DNA of 64,000 bases from the NCBI GenBank assembly GCA_028286645.1, contig JAQBRF010000004.1:273536-337535 (forward strand). Reading direction: 5' to 3'. The notes below the pieces were generated by a model. It worked only from the letters and a program-made list of their open reading frames with translations, did no database searches and was not told where the DNA came from. Numbering within the stretch: position 1 is the first letter of the stretch; each line of letters starts with the position of its first letter. Source of the stretch: Candidatus Nomurabacteria bacterium. Lineage in GTDB: Bacteria > Patescibacteriota > Minisyncoccia > Phycocordibacterales > UBA5272. Below, piece after piece: positions 27,290 through 37,998 of the stretch. Both the position numbers and the translations under genes were made by a program.

Positions 27290-30208
27290 TTAGTTTCCGT
27301 ATGTCGCCTTTATCATTGCCCGTGACATTGCTCCGAAGTATCCAGTATTTGGAAGCTTCATTGCCTTTTGCCACTTAGCAACTGCTGCGCGAGTCAATCC
27401 TCCGAAGTATCCTGTAGGTGCATCGAGCTTTAGATATCCTCCTGTTATTAAGAATGCTTGAAGATTCGTAACTTCAATTCCTCTTGATCCTAGCATCATG
27501 TTCTTTGTGAAAGAATAAGTTGTGCTTGCTGATACTGGAATTGTAATAGTCATATTAGGAGTTGATGTAGCCCCCGTACTTAAAGTAGTAGTAGCTGCTC
27601 CTAAAACTTGTCCTTGTGGTGTTCCAACTGATCCAGTTGAAAATCCAGATGACGATCCTCCTCCACCGCCGCCACTGCTTACTGATGACCCGCCCCCCCC
27701 TCCGCCTCCGCTAGAAAATGCGACCTGTGTGTAAGCGACGAATGTTGTTAGATGTCTTGTCCAAACGATTAAGTCTGATCCAGAACTTGTTCTACAATCT
27801 TCATCAGCTGCGAGTGTAGGAGTTGAAGTTGAAGTACATGTCGCATTGATATCAGTAATTACTCCGCCACGTGACCAAGCTACTTTAGATCCTGAAAGTC
27901 CAGCGAAAGTAAGCTTTAATGGAATGTCTAAACTTAATGCATTACCAGCTAAACCTAATTCAACTGCTGCTTGAATGGTAAGAATTGTGTTAGGGAAAGC
28001 ATTTATTGTAAACCCAGTAGTTGTCGCTGTAGGGAATGTAAATGTTCCATCCCATGAAGATGTACCGGTAATTGTAGTTCCTATTGCTAATTCCATGGTT
28101 ACTGCTACATTTGTTCCGTTATTATTTGCAATAGCAGATGAACTTGTTGACGTAGTTGTTGTAATGGATGATGTGGTTGTTCCATTGTTATATCGGATAG
28201 CAATCATATCTTTCGTTGTGTACCATGGAGAAAAAGTTACTTCATCGTAAACAGACGCCCCATTTCCACGTGGATTTTTTGTGGTATTTGTGGGCCCTGA
28301 AATATTTCCCCACCAGTTTCTAGCTGCGTTAATCGACGCGTTTGTAATGGGTCCGCCATTTCCATCATCGGAAGCAACCCCTTCAGTTATGTTAGATCCA
28401 AATATATTGTTGGTAATAGTTGCAGAAACTGTTCCTTTTTCTAAGGCAATAGCTTGATTTAAGTCGTGGAAATTATTGCTAGTAATAGTAGTCGATGAAT
28501 TATCTGTGGTTGCATAATATGATCCTAATACTATTCCTGTGTCTGAAGCATATATTTCATTGTCGTGAATATTTGCAGTTGAATCCCCGGATCCTCCGAA
28601 TGAGCTTATAAAGATTGCAGGAGAAGCCCAGGTAGGAGTTGCTCCTGTAGTAAGAGCATTATGAAGAGTGTTACCATAAATTTCTACGTCTGATCCTCCC
28701 CATAGATTAACTAGATTCTGAACACGACTTGTGCCGTCTACGTTATCTCCTAAAACATCATTTGAATATATCTTTCCAGATGAATTGATGAATCTGATTC
28801 CTCTTTTATCGAATGAAGAGATATTATTATCATGAATAAGTGCATAGCTTCCTCCTATTGTCGTTGAATCTACCTCAACATCATTAGAAGCTGGATTCCA
28901 AATATTCTTTACTGTAAGATTCTTTAATTCTACAGGTGACCCTGAAGTTCCTGAATCATTTACTAAGACACCATAGTCAAATGAATTTGCTCCCTCAGCA
29001 CTACCTCCTCCATTAATATATAGATTGTTTAAGGTTACTCCCTTCGTTCCATTAATCTCTATTATGTAATTTTTGGAATTGTTTCCAGTAATTATAGTAG
29101 AAGTTCCTGCTCCAGTAATAAGAAGAGGTTTATTTATTAACAAACTCTCATTGTATGTTCCTGCTCCAACTTTAACTACATCACTTGATGACGCGTTTTC
29201 GATTGACCAGTCCAAGTTTGAACTTATACTTCGCACATTTGAATATGCACCATAGCTATAATCACGCAATGTGAAAGTTGATTCATCAGAAAGACTTACT
29301 ACGGAAGCGGCAAAGGTATTTGTATCCCAATATGACTTCCAGTCAAATTGTGTATTATCATATCCTCCGCGAGCACGAATATTCCACTTATTTGCTTCTG
29401 TAAATGTGTTTCCTGTAATGACTGCTCCGCCTACTGGGTAAACATACCAAGGCTGTCCTCCGTTACCACTAAAACTGATTCGCCCGTAATCATTGTTTGT
29501 CCCTGTAAATACATTGTTAGTAATATTACGATCTGTAACTGGTGTAGATGATCCAGCGCCACTAGCTAGGCTAATAGTTGCACCATCAGCGAAGATATTA
29601 TTCGTAATTGTGTACTTATTTACTAGTGAATTTGGAGTAAAATCACTTATGTATAATGCAGCTCCGGCAGGATCTGTATCGATAAGTTTAGAATTCTTTA
29701 GGGTAAAGTTATCAGCAATAACTTCAATCGTCTTATTTAGACCAGAGGCATTATTGCCAAAAGTAAATCCAGACAAAGTAATTCCGTCTGCGGCAACAAA
29801 AACTCCGCTAGGACCAAAAGAGTTTGTGGCATTTGTGGTTATCGTCGCTTGTATATCGTTTGGATTAGAAATTACATTTCCTGAAGCATCAACGCCTTGC
29901 ACCGTTACATTTGATGTTCCGAAGAAAAGTCCAAATTGGTATGAGGCACCGTCAACTGTTCGGTTAGATGCAGTTTCGTCGTATGCTCCTGGATAAACAT
30001 TAACTACGTCTCCGGAAATTGCTGCGTCTATTCCTTCTTGAATTGTTGCGAAAGCTGTTAATTGAGAAGTTCCATCATGTACACTTCCAGCAACTGCTTT
30101 ATCAACATATATTGTTGATGCTGAAACTGAAATCGCCCCCACAAACATACTCATTGCAAATAGAACACCTGCTCCGAGACCTAACGCACCCTTTTTATTA
30201 AAAATCAT
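27290..30208 (-). CDS. large secreted beta-helix surface protein with C-terminal peptidoglycan-binding domain
   Basis: Signal peptide; TIQEGIDAA..GDVVNVYPGAY and NWWGNISGP; Gly/Ser linker; LGSRGIEVTNLQAFL...TGYFGGLTRAAVAKWQ. Confidence 0.8.
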   Translation of the reverse strand: MIFNKKGALGLGAGVLFAMSMFVGAISVSASTIYVDKAVAGSVHDGTSQLTAFATIQEGIDAAISGDVVNVYPGAYDETASNRTVDGASYQFGLFFGTSNVTVQGVDASGNVISNPNDIQATITTNATNSFGPSGVFVAADGITLSGFTFGNNASGLNKTIEVIADNFTLKNSKLIDTDPAGAALYISDFTPNSLVNKYTITNNIFADGATISLASGAGSSTPVTDRNITNNVFTGTNNDYGRISFSGNGGQPWYVYPVGGAVITGNTFTEANKWNIRARGGYDNTQFDWKSYWDTNTFAASVVSLSDESTFTLRDYSYGAYSNVRSISSNLDWSIENASSSDVVKVGAGTYNESLLINKPLLITGAGTSTIITGNNSKNYIIEINGTKGVTLNNLYINGGGSAEGANSFDYGVLVNDSGTSGSPVELKNLTVKNIWNPASNDVEVDSTTIGGSYALIHDNNISSFDKRGIRFINSSGKIYSNDVLGDNVDGTSRVQNLVNLWGGSDVEIYGNTLHNALTTGATPTWASPAIFISSFGGSGDSTANIHDNEIYASDTGIVLGSYYATTDNSSTTITSNNFHDLNQAIALEKGTVSATITNNIFGSNITEGVASDDGNGGPITNASINAARNWWGNISGPTNTTKNPRGNGASVYDEVTFSPWYTTKDMIAIRYNNGTTTSSITTTTSTSSSAIANNNGTNVAVTMELAIGTTITGTSSWDGTFTFPTATTTGFTINAFPNTILTIQAAVELGLAGNALSLDIPLKLTFAGLSGSKVAWSRGGVITDINATCTSTSTPTLAADEDCRTSSGSDLIVWTRHLTTFVAYTQVAFSSGGGGGGGSSVSSGGGGGGSSSGFSTGSVGTPQGQVLGAATTTLSTGATSTPNMTITIPVSASTTYSFTKNMMLGSRGIEVTNLQAFLITGGYLKLDAPTGYFGGLTRAAVAKWQKAMKLPNTGYFGAMSRAMIKATYGN

Positions 30209-30453
30209 ATTTTGTTTTTAAACCCTTTTATTTGATAACCACTTTATAATTAAAACTCTTTTTCAACTCACTTAATACCATAAATAATGCACATCGTGCC
30301 TGTATCGTCTAACACTATGCTTATTATCTCTACTTGTCAACATATTTTAGATTTGTAAAGACTTGGCTTTTACTATGACAAAAAGCACTTAAATTTAAAT
30401 AAATTTATATAACTTATTTAAAATTTTTACACTTGATTTTCTATAATTAAAAG

Positions 30454-32148
30454 TTATCTACTCTTTAATGATGCCCTTACCAATCTAATATCTTGATATG
30501 AATACTTTCCTTTAAAGAATTCATACACTGGCGTCAGTTTATCCGTTTCTAATTCTTTAAATGCTTTTTTGATTTTAGTAACATCTTTTTTATCAGGCAA
30601 GATTTTATCAAATGGAATTTTATCTCCGCTTTCTATCAGCTTTTCTATATGTCCTATAATTGTGTCGGTTGATAACTTTCTGCTTTCTCCAATTTCTTTT
30701 ATGGTGAGGCCCTCTTTAATCATCTCTTCTGTTTTAGTGTGTGATGGAATTTTTTCCTGAAGCTCTTCTGCCTCTTCCTCATCAAGCTCCTTTAATGAGC
30801 CGCCATGATTTGTTAAGAATTTATTTTGCATTTCTTCTAGATCAACTTTGCTATATTTTTCTATTGCAGTTTCAGCTTGATCGCTTTTGCTTTGGAAGGT
30901 CTTGTCTGCTTCTCGCACTTCCTCGGCCACCATTAAGGCATTCGGATTAAATCCTTTTAAATAAAGCCCTTTTAAGCCTTTTAAACGAGAAAGTGCCACA
31001 TATCCTTGGCCTGACGCAAACGAGCGACTAAGGTCAATTTCTGCCCTATCAAGGGTCATACCTTGTGACTTATGCACGGTGATAGCCCATGCTAATTTAA
31101 GAGGTATTTGGCTGATCTCTGCCCTTACTTTGCCATCTTCTTCTATTCGCCAAGTGTCCGCATTCACCGTTATTTTCTTTCCCGATACCAACTCCACAAT
31201 GGGAGCGTTATCGTTGTCGAATCCAACTACAGTTCCCATGGAACCATTTACGTATTTTTTATCCGGACTATTTTTTAAACAGATTACTTTTGCTCCGATT
31301 TTTAATTCTAAATTTTCTTCTGCGAGACAGCTATTCTTTAATGATTCAACGACATTTGCTTTCCCTTTAGTCGTCATTGTATATGAGCGGGAATCTCCTT
31401 TAATCTTTTTATATTCTATTTGATTTATTTGATCAACATTTTCATTATGAGTATAAAGTTTAATATGATCTCCTTTATGGCTCTCATTTGCTTCTCGCAA
31501 AAGCTCATAATGCTCTTCATCAATCTCCCCGCTTCTGATTGCATTTAATAAGTCGGACAATTTATCATCAACCTGCCTCCATTGTTCTGTTAAATAGCAG
31601 ACGACCGGCTTAGCCTCTTTCCAGGCGCGCGAGGAAAAAGCAAATACGCTTGGCGGGATACCATCTTCGTATATTTCTTCGACTTGCCTGCCTCCTCTTG
31701 GTGTAAACCTCACCACTGGCGGAAGCTGGAAAAAGTCTCCAGTAAAAACCACCTGTATACCACCGAAGGGACTTTCATTTCTTCTTAAGTGCTTCGCAGC
31801 GCGATCCAGCATATCTACGAAGTTCGCATGAAGCATAGAGACTTCATCGATTATTAAAACTTGGGTTTCATTCCATCTTTTATAAATATTCTGCTTTTCT
31901 TCCATCGCATCTAAATCATACGCATGAAGCTTGTCTTTAATTCCGATCCCGCTCCAAGAATGAATCGTGACGCCGCTTATATGAGTTGATGCGATTCCAG
32001 TAGATGCAGTCACCGCATAGCGCACACCATGACTCCTCAAATATGAAATATATTCTCGAAGTACATATGACTTTCCAGATCCAGCGGCACCAGTGAGAAA
32101 TGTAGTGTGGCCTAATTTAAGAATATTAAGAGCAACAGATTGAGTCAT
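30454..32148 (-). CDS. PIF1-family DNA helicase with C-terminal HTH
   Basis: TGAAGSGKS, TASTGIAS, IIDEVSM, GDFFQLPPV, AWAITVHKSQGMTL, GQGYVALSR. Confidence 0.92.
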   Translation of the reverse strand: MTQSVALNILKLGHTTFLTGAAGSGKSYVLREYISYLRSHGVRYAVTASTGIASTHISGVTIHSWSGIGIKDKLHAYDLDAMEEKQNIYKRWNETQVLIIDEVSMLHANFVDMLDRAAKHLRRNESPFGGIQVVFTGDFFQLPPVVRFTPRGGRQVEEIYEDGIPPSVFAFSSRAWKEAKPVVCYLTEQWRQVDDKLSDLLNAIRSGEIDEEHYELLREANESHKGDHIKLYTHNENVDQINQIEYKKIKGDSRSYTMTTKGKANVVESLKNSCLAEENLELKIGAKVICLKNSPDKKYVNGSMGTVVGFDNDNAPIVELVSGKKITVNADTWRIEEDGKVRAEISQIPLKLAWAITVHKSQGMTLDRAEIDLSRSFASGQGYVALSRLKGLKGLYLKGFNPNALMVAEEVREADKTFQSKSDQAETAIEKYSKVDLEEMQNKFLTNHGGSLKELDEEEAEELQEKIPSHTKTEEMIKEGLTIKEIGESRKLSTDTIIGHIEKLIESGDKIPFDKILPDKKDVTKIKKAFKELETDKLTPVYEFFKGKYSYQDIRLVRASLKSR

Positions 32149-32166
32149 AAAAGAATTTTACCATGT

Positions 32167-32199
32167 AAAAAGCGGAGGGCAGCAACGCGCCTCCGCTTT
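32167..32199 (-). terminator. intrinsic terminator
   Basis: aaaaagcggagg...cctccgcttt. Confidence 0.7.
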
Positions 32200-32212
32200 G
32201 TGTCCTTCCCTA

Positions 32213-32362
32213 CTACCGGCTGAGCCCTGGAAAGGCAAATTCGGGGTTGAGTAAAACAGATATATCCATGCCATCTGGATCGTAGTTGTTCCACCCCGCC
32301 ATCCTCGCGACGCCGATCACCAGAAGGACCACAAAAATTATAAATCTAGCGAGCTCACTCAT
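32213..32362 (-). CDS. 49-aa membrane/secreted peptide (GC-rich ORFan unit)
   Basis: Manual translation MSELARFIIFVVLLVIGVARMAGWNNYDPDGMDISVLLNPEFAFPGLSR*; TTGACA-17-TAGTGT upstream (32395..32423); terminator downstream. Confidence 0.5.
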   Translation of the reverse strand: MSELARFIIFVVLLVIGVARMAGWNNYDPDGMDISVLLNPEFAFPGLSR

Positions 32363-32431
32363 TCCCGTATCCCCTGTTAAAACTAATCGCTTTTACACTA
32401 CTATTTAGACTTATTTATGTCAATCTTATCT

Positions 32432-33358
32432 TTATACCTTAAGATATTTGCGTACAGCCAGCAGAGAGGAAATAATTGATAGAAGCAGTCCGGAAAGAAG
32501 CAGTAATCCTGATAAGGAAAGTATATGAGTTAAATAGTAGGAATTTAGATTCATACCTTCAAAGAAGAAAACTGTTTTCTTCGTAAACCAGATTGTCGCG
32601 GGATAGAAGATCACCAGAGTAATTATAGTAGCCACGACTGCATAAAGAATAGCCTCAACTACGAATGGTCCCCGGATAAACATATTTGAAGCGCCTACCA
32701 GCTTCATAACAGCAATTTCATCTCGATATACGAAAATCGCGAGTCGTATAGTGTTGTATACAATCATACAACTCATCAGTATGAATATAATTGAAAGCCA
32801 AAATCCAACAGTATTAACCCAGCCGATAATATTATTTAATTTATCAATGCTGTCCTTTAGCTGATAATAGTTAATCTGATCCACTGCGCCGGATGCAGAT
32901 GATAAAAGCGGCGAATCTTTAGTTAATTGATTAGCAATGGCTTCGTATTGTGATGTGTCTTTCGCCACTATTGAAAGAGATGCGCCGAATGGGTTAACTC
33001 CTAGCTCATCTAATGCTTGTAAAGTTAATTGATCTCCTGCATGCTTTTGCTTGAAATCTAAAAGTGCCTGCTCTCGAGAAGTATAAGTAACTGCTTTTAC
33101 TTGAGATAGTCCTAGAATCTTAGCTTTTACATCTGTTATTTGTTCTTCTGTAGCATCTGTCGTGAAATAAATCCTTACGTCCACCTTTTCTCTTATTTGA
33201 TCTAATGTATATGTAAATATGGCATGGAAAAGATAAAATGCGGTAATGATAGAAAGCGTAATAGTTAAAATAAAGATAGAAGATAGAGATACTGTGCGGT
33301 TTCTATAAAATCCTCTAAGCCCTGCGGTTACTATTCTTTTGGTAAGTGTAGTTTTCAT
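32432..33358 (-). CDS. ftsX: cell division permease FtsX
   Basis: Follows ftsE; IVYNTIRLAIFVYRDEIAVMKLVGASNMFIRGPF. Confidence 0.93.
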   Translation of the reverse strand: MKTTLTKRIVTAGLRGFYRNRTVSLSSIFILTITLSIITAFYLFHAIFTYTLDQIREKVDVRIYFTTDATEEQITDVKAKILGLSQVKAVTYTSREQALLDFKQKHAGDQLTLQALDELGVNPFGASLSIVAKDTSQYEAIANQLTKDSPLLSSASGAVDQINYYQLKDSIDKLNNIIGWVNTVGFWLSIIFILMSCMIVYNTIRLAIFVYRDEIAVMKLVGASNMFIRGPFVVEAILYAVVATIITLVIFYPATIWFTKKTVFFFEGMNLNSYYLTHILSLSGLLLLSGLLLSIISSLLAVRKYLKV

Positions 33359-33369
33359 TAAAATATTTA

Positions 33370-34050
33370 TTACATTGTAAACTTCCCTGATTTTTGGTCG
33401 CGTGTTATGCGGCCATCCTCCATGGTGATCACTCTTCGTCCTAAATTATCTACAATTCCTTTATTATGAGTGGTTAAAATCACAGTTGTGCCAAGATCAT
33501 TAATTTTCTTTAAGATCTGGACGATATCATATGTATTTAATGGATCTAAGTTTCCGGTAGGCTCGTCCGCTATAATTATTTCGGGACGATTTATAATAGC
33601 TCTCGCGATTGCAACTCTCTGCTGCTCTCCTCCGGATAATTGATGCGGGAAATGATGCATCTTGCTTTTAAGGTCTACCAGATCTAGCACATGCGGAACG
33701 TCTTCTGAAATCTCATCATCGTGTTTGCCAGCTGCTTCCATGGCAAAAGCCACATTTTCATATGCGGTCTTATTCGGGATTAAGCGAAAATCCTGGAAAA
33801 CTACGCCGATCTTTCGCCGATAGTTAGTCATATCATTTCCTCGAAGTTCATGAATATTATCCGAATGAAATGACACAGTACCTTCAGTTGGACCTTCTTC
33901 TGCGAGAAGTAATTTAATAAGAGTGGTTTTACCCGCACCAGAGTGGCCGACAACAGACACTAATTCACCCTTGTGAACTGTGAGAGAAATATTATCAAGC
34001 ACCTTGTTTCCATTAGCGTATTCTTTGGAGACTCTGTCGAAATAAAGCAT
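33370..34050 (-). CDS. ftsE: cell division ATPase FtsE
   Basis: GHSGAGKTT, VVFQDFRLI, LSGGEQQRVAIARA, ADEPTGNLDP. Confidence 0.95.
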   Translation of the reverse strand: MLYFDRVSKEYANGNKVLDNISLTVHKGELVSVVGHSGAGKTTLIKLLLAEEGPTEGTVSFHSDNIHELRGNDMTNYRRKIGVVFQDFRLIPNKTAYENVAFAMEAAGKHDDEISEDVPHVLDLVDLKSKMHHFPHQLSGGEQQRVAIARAIINRPEIIIADEPTGNLDPLNTYDIVQILKKINDLGTTVILTTHNKGIVDNLGRRVITMEDGRITRDQKSGKFTM

Positions 34051-34104
34051 GGGATAATTATATCACACAGAAAATACGGAATGTGAATAAAAATCTCTAT
34101 TGTT

Positions 34105-34986
34105 TTAGAGGTTTTTCTCCGCTTCTATAAAAGCATCTAGTTCTCCCTTTTCGAGCACAGACTCAACATCGCTTGTCTCGTACTCAGTTCTATGATCTTT
34201 CACCATCTTGTAAGGATGAAGAACATAGCTTCTTATTTGATTTCCCCATTCTATTTCAGTTGTCTTTGAAATCTGCCTTCCTTCAACTTCTGCTTTTCTT
34301 TTCTCTTCATCAAGCTTATAAAGTTTGGCTTGTAATATTTCCATGGCTTTTTTCCTGTTGTGCTCTTGCTGCCGCTCGGTGGCTACATGCACTGAGATGT
34401 TTGTAGGAATATGGACAATCCTCACGGCTGTTTCTCTTTTATTTACATTTTGTCCGCCAGGGCCGCTCGACTTCGAGGTTTCAATTCTTATATCGTCTGG
34501 TGAAATAGGTTTTTGTTCAACATCATGAATGATCGGAAGAAATTCTACTAATGCAAAAGATGTCTGGCGCTTAGAATTAGCATTAAACGGTGAGATGCGC
34601 ACCAAGCGGTGAACTCCTGACTCATTCTTCAATAATCCATACGCGCCTTTTCCTTCAATTTCAATAGTTACATTTCTATACCCGCCGTGATCATTTGTAT
34701 TGCTATGTAGAAGTGAGTATGAGAAGTTTTTATTTGCAATATATTTTTTATACATTTCTAAAAGCATCATGGCAAAATCTTCACTATCGTCCCCTCCCGC
34801 TCCTGCTAAAATAGTTAAAATTGCTCCACCCTTATCAAGAGCGCTCACTCCATCCCGCTTATCCTTAAGATCTTTAATTTGCTTAATTATTTCTTGAGCT
34901 TTATTTTTATCATTCCAAAAGCTTGGCTCATTCATTTGACCCTCTAAATCTTCTATTTGTTTGTTTATGTCATTAGTTGAGTCCAT
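34105..34986 (-). CDS. prfB: peptide chain release factor 2 (short form, no frameshift)
   Basis: SPF specificity motif (RISPFNA), GPGGQNVN, WGNQIRSYVLHPY. Confidence 0.92.
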   Translation of the reverse strand: MDSTNDINKQIEDLEGQMNEPSFWNDKNKAQEIIKQIKDLKDKRDGVSALDKGGAILTILAGAGGDDSEDFAMMLLEMYKKYIANKNFSYSLLHSNTNDHGGYRNVTIEIEGKGAYGLLKNESGVHRLVRISPFNANSKRQTSFALVEFLPIIHDVEQKPISPDDIRIETSKSSGPGGQNVNKRETAVRIVHIPTNISVHVATERQQEHNRKKAMEILQAKLYKLDEEKRKAEVEGRQISKTTEIEWGNQIRSYVLHPYKMVKDHRTEYETSDVESVLEKGELDAFIEAEKNL

Positions 34987-34987
34987 G

Positions 34988-35060
34988 AGCCAAGACCGAG
35001 GGTCGAACTCGGGACCTGCGATTTACGATACCGCCGCTCTACCAGCTGAGCTATCTTGGC
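34988..35060 (-). tRNA. tRNA-Thr(CGT)
   Basis: GCCAAGATAGCTCAGCTGGTAGAGCGGCGGTATCGTAAATCGCAGGTCCCGAGTTCGACCCTCGGTCTTGGCT. Confidence 0.93.
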
Positions 35061-35063
35061 TTA

Positions 35064-35504
35064 TTATGTAATTAAGTGAGCTTCTTGTACTCTTTTACTA
35101 ATTACCCTGTTTGTTCTTCCATTTCCTTTATTCAATGCTGCATATGTGGGGGATAGTGAATCACAGTTCGGACAGACTAGACGAAGATTGTCTTCGCAAT
35201 TATTTCTCCAGTTACCATCAATGTGATCTGCTACAAGCGGCACTTTACCAGTTTTTAAATTTATTTTGGACCACCCGCATAAACAGCATTCGTTTCTGTA
35301 TTTTCTTCGTAAATACTTTTTTATATGATTATTTACTAATCCTAATTTGTTTAATCCATCCTCAGTTCCTTCCTTCCATCTTTTAATATATTCTTGATAT
35401 TGATATTCAAATTGACATGAATTACTGCAATATTTATATAAAGATCTTGCGGTCTCTTTGTTACAAATTAAACATTTATTTCTAGGTTTCTTTAGGTTTG
35501 GCAT
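35064..35504 (-). CDS. HNH endonuclease
   Basis: CLIC...YCSNSC, CCLCGW, VADHIDGNWRNN..DNLRLVCPNCDS. Confidence 0.9.
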   Translation of the reverse strand: MPNLKKPRNKCLICNKETARSLYKYCSNSCQFEYQYQEYIKRWKEGTEDGLNKLGLVNNHIKKYLRRKYRNECCLCGWSKINLKTGKVPLVADHIDGNWRNNCEDNLRLVCPNCDSLSPTYAALNKGNGRTNRVISKRVQEAHLIT

Positions 35505-35599
35505 ATACCTCTTTAAGTATATAAACAGTGTAGACCAGAATCAAGTTGATAATCAGGTCGTAAGTTAAACCCATTTTCAACTTAACTGATTCTAACACA

Positions 35600-36769
35600 T
35601 TATCCCTTTCTCTTATTAGGCTTTGGCTTTCCGAAATACCTTTTTCCTTTTAACTTCTCTGGCATAAGATCTTCATTTGTATACCTTTCATAATCTTCCC
35701 CGTATCCTAAGTCTTTCATTAACTTTGTCGGAGCATTTCGTATACTCATTGCTATCGGAAGGTTCCCGTATTTCTTTGCGTCCGACAATGCTTCCATATA
35801 AGAATCATAAACGTCTTTTGTTTTTGGAGCATTTGATAAATAAGCTACACCGTGAGCTAGATTTATTCCACATTCCGGGAGTCCTATTACTTCAACCGCG
35901 CGAAATACTGCATTTGCTACCACAAGCGCATAAGGATCAAGCATGCCGATATCTTCGGACGCGAATATCACCATTCTTCGCGCTATAAATTTGGGGTCCT
36001 CACCGGATTCGATCATGCGTGCCATATAATACAGTGCTGCGTCTGGCTGAGATGCCCGCATGGATTTTATAAAAGCGCTGATTGTATTATAGTGTTCCTC
36101 TCCCTTTTTATCGTATCGCAAATGTTTGGACTGAAGAGTGTTATTTAAATTTTCTACAGTGATATCACCATAAAGGTTCGAAGTATTTTCTATCATCGCA
36201 AGCATGGCCCGCGCATCTCCGCCTGACATTTCTATTAGCCAAGAAATAGCCTTTTCATCTAATTGATGGCTTGTCCGAGAAATTATCTTTCTAATATCAT
36301 CTTCTTTTAATTCTTCTAAAACAAATACTCGACAGCGGGATAGTAGCGCAGGAATTACTTCGAAGCTTGGGTTCTCGGTAGTCGCACCTATTAAGACAAG
36401 CTCGCCGCGCTCAACATATGGAAGCAGAAAATCCTGCTGAGCTTTATTGAATCTGTGTATCTCATCCAGAAATAAAATCTTCGGACCAAAAAGAGTGGAT
36501 CCATGACCTTTGTTATTTTCAACTATTTTCCGTATATCATCTTTTCCAGCAGAGACTGCGGATAGTTCGTGATATTCCGCATTAATTGCTTGTGCATAAA
36601 TTCTTGCAAGCGTAGTCTTACCAACTCCAGGTGGTCCCCAAAGAATAAACGAAAACACATGCTTTTTTTCAATAGCAATTCTGATGGGTTTATCCGGACC
36701 CACTAAATGTTCTTGTCCGACAAACTCATCTAAACTTTTCGGACGAAGTGATGATGCTAGCGGTTCCAT
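35600..36769 (-). CDS. rarA: replication-associated recombination protein A
   Basis: [52 protein letters not shown]. Confidence 0.96.
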   Translation of the reverse strand: MEPLASSLRPKSLDEFVGQEHLVGPDKPIRIAIEKKHVFSFILWGPPGVGKTTLARIYAQAINAEYHELSAVSAGKDDIRKIVENNKGHGSTLFGPKILFLDEIHRFNKAQQDFLLPYVERGELVLIGATTENPSFEVIPALLSRCRVFVLEELKEDDIRKIISRTSHQLDEKAISWLIEMSGGDARAMLAMIENTSNLYGDITVENLNNTLQSKHLRYDKKGEEHYNTISAFIKSMRASQPDAALYYMARMIESGEDPKFIARRMVIFASEDIGMLDPYALVVANAVFRAVEVIGLPECGINLAHGVAYLSNAPKTKDVYDSYMEALSDAKKYGNLPIAMSIRNAPTKLMKDLGYGEDYERYTNEDLMPEKLKGKRYFGKPKPNKRKG

Positions 36770-36968
36770 ATAAATAGTTTACAGTTTTCAGTTAGCAGTT
36801 TCCAGTAAACACAAATACCTATAACATTGCGTTCTATTCCATTCCTAGACACACTTAACTTCTATATTTATAAGGGATTATACCTTGACTTTACTGATAT
36901 ATATGATATACTATAATACATAGGGTCCCTCGCCCAGAAAATGAGGATTTTACAGGAGACTTACTCTA

Positions 36969-37349
36969 ATGAATACGCAACGTAGCTGGTTCATGCCCTT
37001 CGCTATCACTGTCATCCTGCTCCTCTGTTCTCTCGGTTGGTTGACTATGGAACACGGAGCCAGAAAACTCGCGCAAACCCAGAAGGAGAGGGCCGAGCAG
37101 GACCTCAAATTCGCCCACGAAGACACGAAAGAGCGGGTCGAAAGCATCCGAGATGTGGTCATCGCCCACATGATCGAGGAATACGCCGCGGAAGAAGTGC
37201 GTGAGTGCAAGAAACTGCGATCTCCGCAAGACGAGAACTGCGTTATCGGTGCGAAAGCAAGCCAGCAGCATTTCGCTCAGAAACTCTGGGATGACATGCT
37301 GCGGCGCGCTTCCACCATTCAGTACAACAAGAACAGGAACGGACGTTAA
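36969..37349 (+). CDS. membrane-anchored hypothetical protein (GC-rich ORFan unit)
   Basis: TTGACT-16-TATACT at 36885..36912, AGGAG SD, N-terminal TM, terminator gccccacc-tttac-ggtggggc at about 37366. Confidence 0.7.
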   Translation: MNTQRSWFMPFAITVILLLCSLGWLTMEHGARKLAQTQKERAEQDLKFAHEDTKERVESIRDVVIAHMIEEYAAEEVRECKKLRSPQDENCVIGAKASQQHFAQKLWDDMLRRASTIQYNKNRNGR

Positions 37350-37540
37350 CAACCGTGCAACAATGGGCCCCACCTTTACGGTGGGGCTATTTTATTTTGG
37401 TAATAATTAACATCCGCTTTTAACTATTTTTTTAATACTTTTCCCAAACTATTGCCATCTTATTTAAATTTCATCCTTAAAACCGCCATTTGCTATAATA
37501 TCCACAAATACGACTCCACTTTACATACCAGGAGACCGCG

Positions 37541-37954
37541 ATGAATGCTTGCTCCTTTGTGCTCTTTGCAATGTTTCTTGCTTCTAACCTCGCCTATGCC
37601 GAGGAAGTTAAAGTAGGAGATTCCTTCCTCCTTCTCGAATGCTACGAAATACAGATGAAAAACACATTCCCCATCAGCAATAAAAACAGGACTTTCCAGC
37701 CTGGAGATAAATGCTTTATACAAAAGGATAGCAGAGTGACAGCTCTCGGCACCATAATTGCGACAGAAGAAATTTTTGCTCATTATCTGGTTACAGTTAC
37801 AACACAGGCAAAAGGAAACCTCTGTCCTAATCAAACTAATTTCGTGGTAGGCAACATCTGCCCTAGTCAAACCGTCTTCTTCGTAAGCAAGAGTAAATTT
37901 GCAGACATGAAGACTAAACCCATCGAAAGCCAAACTCACCTCAAGGTCCGGTGA
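37541..37954 (+). CDS. secreted hypothetical protein (ORFan unit)
   Basis: TGnTATAAT, AGGAG SD, signal peptide ending LAYA, hairpin aacctac-agaaaac-gtaggtt followed by T run. Confidence 0.65.
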   Translation: MNACSFVLFAMFLASNLAYAEEVKVGDSFLLLECYEIQMKNTFPISNKNRTFQPGDKCFIQKDSRVTALGTIIATEEIFAHYLVTVTTQAKGNLCPNQTNFVVGNICPSQTVFFVSKSKFADMKTKPIESQTHLKVR

Positions 37955-37998
37955 GAACAACGGTGGCTAAGAAATTGGTAACCTACAGAAAACGTAGG

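Noticed and set aside
34986-35064. Programmed +1 frameshift or upstream segment of prfB
   Set aside because: The sequence upstream of the ATG is the tRNA-Thr gene; there is no CTT-TGA slippery site or upstream ORF.
35530-35575. Possible tRNA remnant upstream of the HNH gene (aatcaggtcgtaagttaaaccc)
   Set aside because: Cannot be folded into T or acceptor arms; similarity is too weak.
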